Assembly: GCA_038087875.1 (NCBI GenBank)
Contig: CM075988.1
Coordinates: 26,042,001-26,102,000, forward strand
DNA length: 60,000 nt
From: Malacoraja senta
Taxonomy: Eukaryota
Direction: 5' to 3'
Part shown: positions 38,324 to 51,438 of the stretch, in pieces
Position numbering within the stretch: the first letter of the stretch is position 1
Layout of the letters: each line of letters starts with the position of its first letter
Notes under the pieces: model-generated
What the model saw: only the letters and a program-made list of their open reading frames with translations
Databases searched by the model: none
Told to the model about the DNA's origin: nothing
Translations under genes and position numbers: made by a program

Positions 38324-39900
38324 GTAAGCTGGTGCTGAATTGTTCTTGTTTTGCTTCTGATCAGATTAACCCCAGCTTGGCTCGGTGCTGAGACCAGTGC
38401 ACAGCCTAGCTGGTCAGCTGCCTTTGTACGATGCCCACTGAATCTTGCTGGACCTGTTCCCATCTCGTCCCCCTGGGCAGGGGCAGGGGCAGGGGCAGCG
38501 GGGAATGTGTGTGCGTGGCAGCCAGCTGCCAGTAGCGGTGTTGTTGTTCCTGTATAAACACTGTGCACTTAACCATTGCAGGGTGCTTTGCCATGGGCTG
38601 ATGGCGGTTTACACCACAGGTTGTCTCTTTTGACCTCTAGCAATGTGTGTGGTCGCGGCCAGGGTAACCTAGGGGGGGGGGGGTGATGATAGGACGTGTG
38701 GAATAACAAAGGACCCACCTCTCTGAGACCCCAGGAAACGGCAGCTCAAGTTCTGCTGACTCCAGAGGCCTGGAATTACTTTGCTTTAGGGGACGGGATG
38801 AGTTTAACCCTTAGTTAGACACTAAAAGCTGGAGTAACTCAGCGGGTCAGGCAGCATCGCTGGAGAAAAGGAATATGTGACCTTTCAGGTCAAGACCATT
38901 CTTCCACCTATTGGTCTCCATAGTCAAGAAAGAACATGCTTGCCATCGAGGGAGTACAGTGACGGAGAACATGACACACTCCTGGGATGATGGGAGTGTT
39001 ATACGACAAGAGATTGGGTTGACTAGGCCAGCACTGGAGTTTAGAGGGCCAGACTGGATCTCATTGAAGGGAACAAAGTTATGAAAGAGCAGAGAATGTT
39101 TCTTCTGACAGGAAGGTGCCATTCATGGGCTACACACATAGAATTTGGGGCCAGACCTGAGGAGGAGGAGCTTCTGTATTCAGTGGATGGTGAGCCTGGG
39201 GAATTAGCGACAACAGTCTTGACCTGATCCCCTGTGCGGGGTTTATACATCCCCCCCCCCCCACACACACACACACACCCTTGACTACTGGATTTCTCCC
39301 TGTCCCATGAGTGCATGCTTGCTAGATGAATAGGCCACAGTAAATTTGCCCTGGTGCCAAGTTGTTTAGCCCTGGTGTGTAGGCGGGTGGTTGGGTTTGG
39401 GTGTGGGAGAGGGAGAGGGAGAGGAGGGTGGGGAATTGATGAGGGTAGGGCTGGTGTAAAATACAAATGAGTGCGAGGTGGATTAGCCGGCCTTCAAGTT
39501 TCAGTGCTTCATCCACCAGTGACTCTGTTATAGTGGGCAACAGTAGTCAAGGCACTGAACATATTTAGAAAGGAGGTGGATATATTTTTAGACATTAAAG
39601 ACATCAAGGCTGCAGGAAGTGAGGTTGAATATGACACTGGGATAAAGGCAGTGATCTTACTGTCGGGAGTTGCGAGCATTTAATTGTCATCTACACCAGG
39701 ACTACACCAGGACTAGAGTAATGGCATTCCTACTTGTTGCAGCTTCACAGCCACGTGAAACACAATCAGACATTAAATGATCAGTAATTCTCGGATGCAC
39801 GCCCTACCCCACTGTCCCACGACTGGGCTAGTATTCACAGTGGTGGTGGAGCAGCCTCCTGGTCCTGCACGCCCTACCCCACCGTCCCACGACTGGGCTA

Positions 39901-40330
39901 GTATTCACTGGAATTTAGAAGGACGAGACATCTAATAGAAACATATTTAAATTCTTAAGGGATTGGACAGGCTTAGATGCAGCAAAAAATTTCCTGATGT
40001 TGGAGGAGTCCAGAACCAGGGGTCACAGTTTAAGAATAAGGGGTAGGCCATTTAGGACTGAGATGAGGAAAAACGTTTTCACCAAGAGAGTTGTGAATAT
40101 GTGGAATTCTCTGCCACGGAAGGCAGTGGAGGCCGGTTCACTGGATGTTTTCAAGAGAGAGTTAGATTTAGCTCTTAGGGCTAAAGGAATCAAGAGATGG
40201 GGGGAAAAGCAGGAATGGGGTACTGATTTTGGATGATCAGCCGTGATCATATTGAATGGCCTACTCCTTATTCTTATTCGAGCACTGGCTCGAAGGGCCG
40301 AATGGCCTACTCCTGCACCTATTTTCTATG
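39901..40330 (+). mobile_element. CR1-type LINE 3' fragment
   Basis: Encodes ESRTRGHSLRIRGRPFRTEMRKNVFTKRVVNMWNSLP, followed by the same 3' tail. Confidence 0.9.
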
Positions 40331-40627
40331 TCTGTGTCTGTGTGTGTGCCTCTCTACAGAGACTTGAGCCAGTGCTGGCACACACGCTCTTGCTGGGGTG
40401 ATGGACCCACGGTGCTGACTGAGGGAGAGTGGGAGGGGGGCATTACCCCTGGTGACTGGGCCGCGTTTATCCCTTGACCAACGTGCCTGGAACAGATCAC
40501 CGTGCTGTGGTCTGTGCATGATTTGTCTGCTGCCTTGTACAGGGACTTGCACTTCTAACAATAATTAAGTGGCTGTCAAGTGTTTTGGGGTCTTGAGATT
40601 ATGAAGATGATAAAAATACAAGTTCAA

Positions 40628-41068
40628 AAATGATAGGAGCAGAATTAGACCATTCGGCCCATCAAGTCTACGCCATTCAATCGTGGCTGATCTATCTTCA
40701 ACTCTTAACCCCGTTCTCCTGCCTCCTCCCCCATAACCCCTGACACCCGTACTAATCAAGAATCTATCTCTGTCTTAAAAATATCCAATAACTTGGCCTC
40801 CACAGCCTTCTGTGGCAATGAATTCCACAGATTCACCACCCTCTAACTAAAGAAATTCCTCCTCCTCTCCTTCCTAAAGGAACATCCTTTTATTCTGAGG
40901 CTGTGACCTCTGGTCTTAGACTCTCCCACTAGTGGAAACATTATCTCCACATCCACTCTCTCCAGGCCTTTCACTATTCTGTAAGTTTCAATGAGGTCCC
41001 CCCCCCCCCCTCATCCTTCTAAACTCCAGTGAGTACAGGCCCGGTGCTGTCAGACTCATCATATGTTA
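40628..41068 (-). mobile_element. CR1-type LINE 3' fragment
   Basis: Reverse complement of a CR1 ORF2 end (gtggtgaatctgtggaattcattgccacagaaggctgtggagg) and its tail. Confidence 0.85.
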
Positions 41069-41160
41069 ACATGTTATTTCCGTTGTGCATTAAGATGCAG
41101 TGATGTTTTTTTCTGGTCCACTTACAGGGGAGATGTAAGGTCGGTGGCAGGGGTGTGGAC

Positions 41161-41233
41161 ATGGTGCTGGCTGGCTACGACTGTGTGGTCGGGGCATTCT
41201 TACTGTTGCACCTCGAAGCCTCCGTTTGCTCAG
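41161..41233 (+). CDS. TMEM25: TMEM25 first coding exon (signal peptide); exon starts at 41128
   Basis: cttacAG acceptor at 41127. gacATGG Kozak context. Encodes MVLAGYDCVVGAFLLLHLEASVCS. Phase-1 CAG|gtacgt donor compatible with the Ig exon. Confidence 0.8.
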
Positions 41234-42365
41234 GTACGTCAGCACGGGATGCCACTGGGCCTTCATTCTCCACAAGCACCGGGTAGTGTTGCTGCCTCAC
41301 AACGCCACAGACCCGGGTTCGATCCTGACTACGGGTGCTGTCTGTACAGAGTTTGCACCTTCTCCCCGTGACCGCGTGGGTTTTCTCCAGGAGCTCCAGT
41401 TTCCTCTCATGCTCCAAAGACGTGCAGGTTTGTAGGTTAATTGGCTTTGGTAAAGATTGTAAATTGTCCCTGGTGTGTGTTAGTGCGCGGGGGATCGCTG
41501 GTTGGCACAGACTCTGTAAATGTATCATTTCTCCCCACTCCCCCTCCCCCCACCAGGTTGGTCTGTCTACACTTGCCCGTCTGGCCAGGGACAGCCGCGT
41601 CTGACTCCATCCAGCTCCTTCACGTCTGTGAGAGAAGACGTTGTCACGTGGGTAGTGAATGATAAGAGGTCTGAAGAAGTGTCTCAACCCCAAACATCAC
41701 CCATTCCTTTTCTCCAGAGATGCTGCCTGACCCGCTGAGTTACCCCAGCATTTAGTGTCTATCTTCAATCATAAGAGGACGTTGTTAGTTTAGTTTAGTG
41801 ATACAGCGTTAATACAGCTGGCCATCCATCACCCGTTGACACTGGTTCCATGTTATCCTGCTTTTGCATCCACTCCCTACATGTTTGGGTAATTAACCTA
41901 CAAACTGGTACGTCTTTAGGATGTGTGAGGAAACCGGAGCATCCAGAGAAACCCACGCGGTCACAGAGAGAACGTGCAAACTCCACACAGGCAGCACCCA
42001 GATTCAGGATTGAACCCATGTCTCTGGCGCTGAGAGGCAGCAGCTCCACCTTCTGCTCCACTGTGGTGATGATTAAAAAAAAAAGAAAGATAAATGAATC
42101 CTATTTTATCCTGGTAGTAAGTAGAGGAGGCTTCGGGGAATGGAAGCATTAGGGCCAGCATTGCTTTCTTGGGCCGAATGGTTTCTGTACTGTGCCTTCT
42201 CTGTGGACTATGTGGTGTGAGTCTGGAGCAATTGGTCTCAGTTTCCCCATTGACATAATGATTAGTCAGAGCCTCCAATGAAGGGTCAATGATCACTGGT
42301 GGATGGAGGTCAAGTCAGGATGAGGAGCAGCTGCGATGTCCTACATGTTGAATAATCTAAAGGGC

Positions 42366-42915
42366 ACAAAGGGCTGGAGTAACTCAGTGGGTCAGGCAGC
42401 ATCTCTGGAGAACATGGACAGGTACACAGTGCTGGAGTAACTCAGTGGGTCAGGCAGCATCTCTGGAGAACATGGACAGGTACACAGTGCTGGAGTAACT
42501 CAGTGGGTCAGGCAGCAACTCTGGAGAACATGGACAGGTACACAGTGCTGGAGTAACTCAGTGGGTCAGGCAGCATCTCTGGAGAACATGGACAGGTACA
42601 CAGTGCTGGAGTAACTCAGTGGGTCAGGCAGCATCTCTGGAGAACATGGACAGGTACAGAGTGCTGGAGTAACTCAGTGGGTCAGGCAGCAACTCTGGAG
42701 AACATGGACAGGTACAAAGGGCTGGAGTAACTCAGTGGGTCAGGCAGCAACTCTGGAGAACATGGACAGGTACAAAGGGCTGGAGTAACTCAGTGGGTCA
42801 GGCAGCAACTCTGGAGAACATGGACAGGTACACAGTGCTGGAGTAACTCAGAGGGTCAGGCAGCAACTCTGGAAAACATGGTTAGGTGACGTTTGGGTTG
42901 GGACCCTTCTTCAGA
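42366..42915 (-). repeat. 58-bp tandem array (9 units) headed by one degenerate hammerhead
   Basis: ggtaca recurs at 42421, 42479, 42537, 42595, 42653, 42711, 42769 and 42827. The array ends in gtgacgtttgggttgggacccttcttcaga, the reverse complement of the hammerhead. Confidence 0.95.
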
Positions 42916-43043
42916 ATAGTCTGCTGGCTAGTTTATGGTAGTTTATGGTAGTTTGAGTGAGGTGTATCCCATCACGGAGGTGTGATACGGGTCGCGGGGT
43001 GTTATTGATCCATTGTTATTGATCCGTGGTACTGTTGTTGCAG

Positions 43044-43355
43044 AGATGGTGAAGCCGTTTGCTTTGATCAACGGGCGCCCGCGGCCGGTGGTGACACTGG
43101 AGGAGAACGCTCCCCGCGAGTTCACCTGTCGCATGGAGGGCTGGAAGTCGGTGCCCGTTGTCACCTGGTACCTGAATGGCAAGAGGCAGGCGAGTAACCA
43201 GACGGTGCTGGTGCCGAGCGCCAGTGAGAGCAGCAACAGCAGCTTCAGCACCTTTGTCATCACCACTCGTCGCAGGGACAAGGAGCTCAACTGCTCCGCC
43301 ACCGACCCGGTCAACGGCAAGACTCAGAACGCCAGCGTCATCCTCAACGTGCAAT
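43044..43355 (+). CDS. TMEM25: TMEM25 exon, Ig-like domain
   Basis: Encodes EFTCRMEG...VTWYLNG...KELNCSATDP...NASVILNVQ, with the Ig Cys/Trp/Cys pattern and the TMEM25-typical NASVILNVQF. 312 nt. Confidence 0.95.
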
Positions 43356-43397
43356 GTGAGTACCACCCTGCCTGGCACTGCGCGGGCACGCCTCGTA

Positions 43398-44237
<840 letters not shown>

Positions 44238-45360
44238 TTAGACTGTAGAGACACAACGCAGGAACAGGCTCTTGACAATAGCCTACAGGATAGTTCATAG
44301 TAGCTGATGTGAGTGTTTGTCAGCATGGACCTGTGACGCTGGCCAGCGATCCACCCATACACCAGCACTATCCCACACACACACACACACACTAGGGACA
44401 GTTTACAATCTTTACCAAAGACACTTAATCTACAAGCCTGCACTTCTTTGGAGTGTGGGAGGAAACCAGACGCTAGTTTGGGCCGGCCTGGACTTAAATC
44501 CTTGCAGCGTAGGATGCCGAGGCTTCCTTAACCCAGGGTCGGGGATCAAAAACTAGAGGGCATAGGTTAAAGGTGAGAGGGGAAGGGTTTAAAAGGGACC
44601 TGAGGGGCAACTTTTTCATGCATAGGGTGGTGGGTTTATGGACCATGCTGCCAGAGTCGGTAGTTGCAGCAAATACAATAACTACATTTAAAAGACATTT
44701 GGTCAGGTACATGGATAGGAAAGGTTTAGAAAATATGGGTCATACGCTGGCAAATAGTGTAGATAGGGCATCTTGATTAGCATGGACATGTTGGGCCAAA
44801 GAGCCTATTTCTGTTGTTTATGACTGTGACTCTGTCCTGTCAATTTAAATTTGTGAAAAATCTATCTGAGAAAAGGAAGTTCTCTCTTTCTCCACAAAAT
44901 GGCAGCATTGACCAATTCAGAGCAAGGTTAACACCATTAACTAACCGTACAATAGGTGGAGACGGTACAAAGGGATGTCGGGCCATGGAGATAACTATCG
45001 AAGCACGGCTTGAACCGGGACCTTTCACTGAATTGGTGAATGTGGAATCTGCCACCACAAGGCCATTGTGATGTCAAGCTAGAGATTGAGTTAGCTGGAC
45101 AAACCCCGGCTTCATCTGAAACAAAGAGACAGCAGGAAGATTAAAGGATGACTTCATTAAAAAGCAAATGTACAACTGGTACAGGAAAAACCAATCAAGA
45201 TTATTATTATTGATGAAAATAAATGAAAGGTATAAACCACCAAGAAATATAAAACCACTGTGGTGTCAAACTGCAAATGGGAAGTGATGAGCTGCAGTAA
45301 CTAATAGGCTCATCTCATCCCCGCTCATCACCTTCAACAGGACTGCCTGGGTCTTGACTC

Positions 45361-45391
45361 TTTGTTTGTTAGTTGGTTGGTTGGTTAGTTG

Positions 45392-45434
<43 letters not shown>

Positions 45435-45520
45435 GGGTTTATTGTCACGTGTACCGAGATACGGTGCAAAGCTTTTGTTGAGTGCTATCCAGTCAGCGGA
45501 AAGACTAGCAATTGAGCAAA
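45361..45520 (-). mobile_element. L2-like retroelement 3' end with (TTAG)n microsatellite tail
   Basis: (ttag)n followed by tttattgtcacgtgtaccgag. A plus-strand copy at ~49815-49917 ends gtacacgtgacaataaactcaactaaacta. Confidence 0.65.
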
Positions 45521-45818
45521 CACCTGTCCACATCTTGCTGTTATTGGCAGCCGTTTACAGTTGAGGCCCTGAGTTCACAAATATCCTTTCATCAGACATT
45601 CCGTCTCCTCTCCTGATAATTCCACCTTTCGACTTGCTTCATCTTTTGTTCTCTGTTTATACTCCTAGAGGAATCGAGGACCAGAGGACATAGATGTATG
45701 GAACGAGCTGCCATAGGAGGTAGTTGAGGCAGGGACTATCCTAATGTTTAAGAAACAGTTAGACAGGTACATGGATAGGACAGGTTTGGAGGGATATGGA
45801 CCAAGCGCGGGCAGGTGG

Positions 45819-46057
45819 GACTAGTGTGGCTGGGACATGTTGGCCGGTGTGGGCAAGTTGGGCTGAAGGGCCTGTTTCCATGCTGTATCACTCTATGACT
45901 AGTGTAGCTGGGGCATGTTGGCCAGTGTGGGCAGGTTGGGCTGAAGGGCCTGTTTCCACACTGTATCACTCTATGACTAGTGTAGCTGGGACATGTTGGC
46001 CAGTGTGGGCAGGTTGGGCTGAAGGGCCTGTTTCCACACTGTATCACTCTGTGACTC
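45819..46057 (+). repeat. 78-bp unit x3 (triplicated CR1 3' tail)
   Basis: gactagtgt recurs at 45819, 45897 and 45975. Confidence 0.93.
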
Positions 46058-46120
46058 TAAGTGTACGGGGCAGGCAGACAGTGCCGGTCTAACTCCTTCC
46101 TTCCCGTCTATTTTCCGCAG

Positions 46121-46411
46121 TTAAACCTGAGGTTGTCCGCATGGATGCTGAGTACAAGGAGCACAATGACTCGGGACTGTTCCTGGCGCTGTTTGTCCTA
46201 GTCCGTGCAAACCCTCCCGCAACAATCACCTGGGTCGATGAGAGTGGCGCGGTGATTGTCAACACCTCCAACTTCATGATCCTGGACACCAAGAGTTACC
46301 CATGGTTGACCAATCACACGGTGCACGTGCAGCTAACCAGCCTGGCTAAGAACTACTCCTTCACCGCCGGCAACCAGTTTGGTGTCACCAACTCTTCCAT
46401 CGGCTTTCCAG
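46121..46411 (+). CDS. TMEM25: TMEM25 exon, second extracellular segment
   Basis: Encodes FKPEV...LFVLVRANPPATITWVD...YPWLTNHTV, characteristic of TMEM25. 291 nt, phase 1-1. Confidence 0.96.
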
Positions 46412-46563
46412 GTAAAGGCAAAGCTCAGGGAACCTGGTCTGGTCTCTATGGCTCCCCTCTAATGCTCTGGATATCCCAAGTAAACTGTTCTGTCGGCACA
46501 GCTTAGGACAGGCAGCAAGAGTTGTGGATGATTCATGGATAGAGTCAAGAATTAACGGATAGT

Positions 46564-46890
46564 GCCAATGTTGGGCGAGTCCAGAACCAGGGGCCACAGT
46601 CTTAGAATAAAAGGGAGGTCATTTAAGACTGAGGTGAGAAAAAACTTTTTCACCCAGAGAGTTGTGAATTTGTGGAATTCCCTGCCACAGAGGGCAGTGG
46701 AGGCCAAGTCACTGGATGGATTTAAGAGAGAGTTAGATAGAGCTCTAGGGGCTAGTGGAATCAAGGGATATGGGGAGAAGGCGGGCACGGGTTATTGATT
46801 GGGGACGATCAGCCATGATCACAATGAAAGGCGGTGCTGGCTCGAAGGGCTGAATGGCCTCCTCCTGCACCTATTTTTCTATGTTTTCTA
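46564..46890 (+). mobile_element. CR1-type LINE 3' fragment
   Basis: Encodes GESRTRGHSLRIKGRSFKTEVRKNFFTQRVVNLWNSLP. Further fragments lie at ~37820-38050(-), 44535-44835(+), 45666-46058(+), 47668-47940(-), 48415-48590(+) and 54010-54135(-). Confidence 0.9.
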
Positions 46891-48771
46891 ATTTTTAATT
46901 GTCATATGTATAACAATCGAATAGTGAAACTTCATCGGCCTGTAAACACAATACATAGATAATATATAATTTTTAAAAATCAACAAATTAGCAAACCCAA
47001 TACTAATGCAAAAAGCCTGAGGTCCTTAGTGCAACCAAAACCAGTCCATATTTGATAATTTAGTCAATATTGTGTAAGAAGCTGATGGTTGCTGGGAAGA
47101 AGCTATATTTGAACCTGGTGGGCACAGTTTTCAGATTCCTGTACCTTCTTCCCAATGAGAGGAGTGAAATGAGAACATGGCCAGGGCTGTGTGGGTCATT
47201 GATGTGTTGGCTGCCTTTATGAGGCAGCAACTCCTGTAGATCCCTTTGATGGTGGGGAGGTCAGTACCCGTGATGGACCAGGCCATGATGCAGCAAACAT
47301 CCACTCTACGGACATCTGCAGTATTCTACCCATTGATTGTCCCACTAATCTCATTTCATTCTCCCCACGTTCTCATCAACTGGCCCCAGATTCCACCACT
47401 CACCTACACACCAGGTACATGCTACACCACCATTTAACCCACTCAGTCAAAAACAATGACAATTCCACGTGGATCTTCCATGATGTGATTAATCTGTACA
47501 GCAGCAACAAGGCGATGCGTGACCTCCTCCTCTGCCATAGGAGAATGGGATTGGCATGAACTCTTATTTACAATGACGTAGAACATAGAGCAGTATAGCA
47601 CCGGAACAGGCCCTTCGGCCCACAACATCGGTACCAAACCTGATACCAAGATAAACTACTCTCATTTAGACAATAGACAATATACAATAGGTGCAGGAGT
47701 AGGCCATTCGGCCCTTCGAGCCAGCACCGCCATTCAATGTGATCATGGCTGATCATCCCCAATCAGTACCCCGTTCCTGCCTACTCCCCATATCCCCTGA
47801 CTCCACAATCTTTAAGAGCTCTATCTTGCTCTCTCTTGAAAGCATCCAGAGAACCCGCCTCCACCGCCCTCTGAGGCAGAGAATTCCACAGACTCACCAC
47901 TCTCTGTGAGAAAAAGTGTTTCCTCGTCTCCGTTCCAAATGTCTGCACATTATCCTTATCACACCGTGTGTCTACCTAAACGCTTCTTAAACACCAGTAT
48001 CGTATCTGCCTTAACCACCACACAGCTCTCTCCCCACTTCAACTTTTAGAATGCATCATCCAAGCTGGTACTCCACGCATTACTGAAGGAGCGATGCATG
48101 GTCCAAGTCGCCAACTTTGAACTAAGACGTGAATCTGAGACTACCTTTGCCGTGTCAGGTAGATGTGGGTGATCATTTAGTTTTATTTCATAGAGCAGGA
48201 AGGTCCTCTGCCTTGGCCAACAATTGTATCTTAATGACCAGCACTAAAATAGACTCACTGGAACCTCTTCTTCTTCTTCTTGTGTATGGCGTGCACAGCC
48301 TAAAGTTGTAAGACAACTTGTTCTGTTCGATCTTCTGTTTGTGCATGCCAGGTTGATTGCATTCGTCGAAACAGGGTGGACCACGTGAAGGTTCCAATCT
48401 CCCACCCCACTCACCAGATTTATTCAAGAGAGAGTTAGGTTTAGCTATTCGGGTTAACGGAATCAAGGGATATGGGGAGAAAGCAGGAACAGGGTACTGA
48501 TTGTGGATGATCAGCCATGATCACAGTGAACGGCGGTGTTGGCTCGAAGGGCCGAATGGCCTCCTCCTGCACCTATCGTCTATGTTTCTATGTGATTCCT
48601 ACACTGTTCTCCATGGGGTCATGTCACAGGTGGCAATGATGGTAATTCAGAATCACCTGGCTGGTGGTCACGTGCGTTGAGACGAGCTATGACCAGGGTT
48701 TGTGGGCTTTCTGTTGATGTGGGGGTGAGAACCGTGACTCTTGGCTCCATCTTCTCCCCTCTTGTCTCCAG

Positions 48772-48900
48772 GGTTCCTCCATGCTCGCGTGGAAGTGCCC
48801 ATGTTGGTCATTCTCCTTGGGGGAGGCCTGGGCTTCCTGGCCATCCTGCTCCTGAATGTCATGGTGCTGTGTGTCATCTACCACAGGAAGGAGAGCGCAG
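48772..48900 (+). CDS. TMEM25: TMEM25 exon, transmembrane helix
   Basis: Encodes GFLHARVEVPMLVILLGGGLGFLAILLLNVMVLCVIYHRKESA. cttgtctccAG acceptor and G|gtaaga donor. Confidence 0.94.
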
Positions 48901-48944
48901 GTAAGACACCAAGTGCAGGGGTGGGGGCATTGACACCTGTGGTG

Positions 48945-49270
48945 CAGGAAGCAATTGCAGATGCTGGTTTAAACCAAAGATAGACACTAAATGCTGGAGT
49001 AACTCAGCGGGACAGGCATCATCTCTTGAGAGAAGGAATGGGTGATGTTTCGGGTCGAGACCCTTCTTCAGACTGGTTAGGGATAAGGGAAACGAGAGAT
49101 ATAGACGGTGATGTGGAGAGATAAAGAACAATGAATGAAAGATATGCAAAAACATAACGATGATAAAGGAAACAGGCCATTGTTAGCTGTTTGTAGCAAA
49201 GATCGTAGAGTATCTTTGGTTTGTAGGATGAAAATGAGAAGCTAGTGCGACTTGGGAGGGGTAGAGAGAG
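48945..49270 (-). mobile_element. Longer hammerhead-element copy with upstream pyrimidine-rich Penelope 3' UTR
   Basis: The minus strand reads ccagtctgaagaagggtctcgacccgaaacatcacc... Similar minus-strand copies lie at ~22480-22605, 37685-37810, 38820-38905, 50710-50825, 52113-52250, 56540-56630 and 58320-58410. Confidence 0.75.
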
Positions 49271-51404
49271 AGGGAATGCATTAGTATCTTTGGTTTAAAC
49301 CAGCATCTGTAGTCCCTTCTTACACATGAAATTGTAGAGATCTCCATCGCAGTTTTCCATCGTTTCCAGTGTATGTGACGTTATTCTCAAACCACCCAGA
49401 GACAAATTGACAGCAGATTCACAGAATGAAAGATCAATACAGGACAGATCGAGGCTCTTCGGCCCATTGAAAATGCTCTAGCCCTTTCAAAGAGAAATTA
49501 AGTCAATTTGAGTTGCGTTTATTGTCATGTGCACAGTTGTGGTGAGGGGCAGGTACAATGAAAACCTTGCTATCGGAATCTAGATAGCCTCACTCTATGT
49601 TTTGTAATGTTTACTTCAATGAATGAGCCACTATCGATTATGTTTCCACCAAACTTTCAAATAGTGTTCTCAATCCCAATCATAAAACGTTTAGCCTTGC
49701 TGTTCTTCTGACACACATTTTAAATTAATTCCTTCCGACAATCAACCCATCAGCTGCTAACAGAAACTAGTTCTCCATTTTATTTCAGTAAATCACTATA
49801 TTACCACTGTAAGTGGCTCAATTGTAATCATGTCTTGTCTTTCTGCTGACTGGTTAGCATGCTACAAAAGCTTTTCACTGTACCTCGGTACACGTGACAA
49901 TAAACTCAACTAAACTACGGCAAACTATTTAAATCCTTTAACATTTTAAACATTTCAATTCATTTTCTTCAAAGCTTTGTCTGTCCGATTGAGAGAAACT
50001 TCTCGACGCCTTTATTCCAGAAACGTGTTAATAAAATTGTTCCTGTACCCACACTTAGACTTTACTATAGAGATACAGCGTGGAAACAGGCCCTTCGGCC
50101 CACCGAGTCCATGCCGACCAGTGATCACCCCGTATACTAGTATTATCCTACATTATAGGGACAATTTACAATTTTACCAAAGCCAATTAACCTACAAATC
50201 TGTACGCCTTTGGAGTGTGGGAGGAAACCGGAGCAAAACCCAGATGGTCACGGGGAGAACGTACAAACTCCGTACAGACAGCACCCGGGTCTCTGGCGCT
50301 GTGCCAATTCTACCGCTGCGCCACCTTGCCCCCCTAACTCCAGTGCCTTCTCATCTTTCTAATGTAGCAAAGGATTGGATACAGTCACCAGCTGGGACCA
50401 GGCATGTTCTGTAGAGCTTTGCTCCACCCTCCCCTTTTCCAGTTTTCTTCCACCACCCCCTCTCCACTCAGTCAGAAGTCCCGACCCCAAACATCGTCTG
50501 CGTTCCCTGGACAGTTGATGCCTGACCTGCCGAGTTCCTCCAGTACTTTGTGTTCTGAGCATAATCTGCACCATTGCCATCCTTTATTGCATCTTTCATG
50601 CCCGGAGGACTTTCAAAACCACTCTGCAGCCACTGAGGTACTTGGTAACTTTCAAAGTGAGAATTGGCAGAAGATTAAGTGACATTGATTAAGAGGGAAA
50701 CATTGGCCAAGGAACTGCAGATGCTTCTTTATAGCAAAGATAGACACAAAGTGCTGGGGTAACTCAGCGGGTCAGGCAACATCTCTGGGGAAAAAGGATG
50801 GGTGACGTTTCGGGTCAGGACCCTTGTCCAGCTATTTCAAAGCTATTTGTTCAAAGTGTCCGTGTTGGAAGATGACACTGGGCCGGGAAACTGTCAGCTC
50901 AGAGTAAACTTGAGGCTCTGCCTTGCTCAACAACTCACAGCCTTTTGATTTGGAGATAAAAGATCCCAAAGCTGACACTTGTAACAGTTGAACTAAAATG
51001 GGATCTGTGTCCTGCAGCCAAATATCTCATCGATGCTCACAGTCCCATATATTATATAAATAATTACTCCTGGATCCTATGAAAAATGATCTACTGACTT
51101 CTAATTGATATTGGTTTCTTATTATCACCTGTACTGAGGTACAGTGAAACACTTTGATTGCGTGCTTTTCTGTCAAGACATAATATTCATGACGGGTACA
51201 AATCTGTACAACAGGTAAATGCAGAGAGAAAATTACTGGAATGCAGAATGTAATGTTCCAGCTTCACAGTGTTACAGATACAAAGAGCAGATAAAATAAA
51301 AGCGCAAGGCCGGGATTGAGGTAGGTTGGAAGATCACAGACTCTGCCTGGTCTGACAGGGATTTGCAGCAAATTCAACAACATTTTCTTTTCATTCTGTT
51401 TCAG

Positions 51405-51438
51405 ATGTAAAACCCAGCAGTGACACAGTGGTTCACAG
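51405..51438 (+). CDS. TMEM25: TMEM25 micro-exon (34 nt), cytoplasmic
   Basis: Long pyrimidine tract with tttcAG acceptor and CAG|gtaatt donor. Phase 1-2, which exactly bridges the flanking exons. Confidence 0.78.

Noticed and set aside
42366..42915. Regular repeat arrays (also 36138-36396) superficially resembling CRISPR arrays
   Set aside because: Units are contiguous with no unique spacers, there are no cas genes, the context is vertebrate, and the units derive from a dispersed retroelement.
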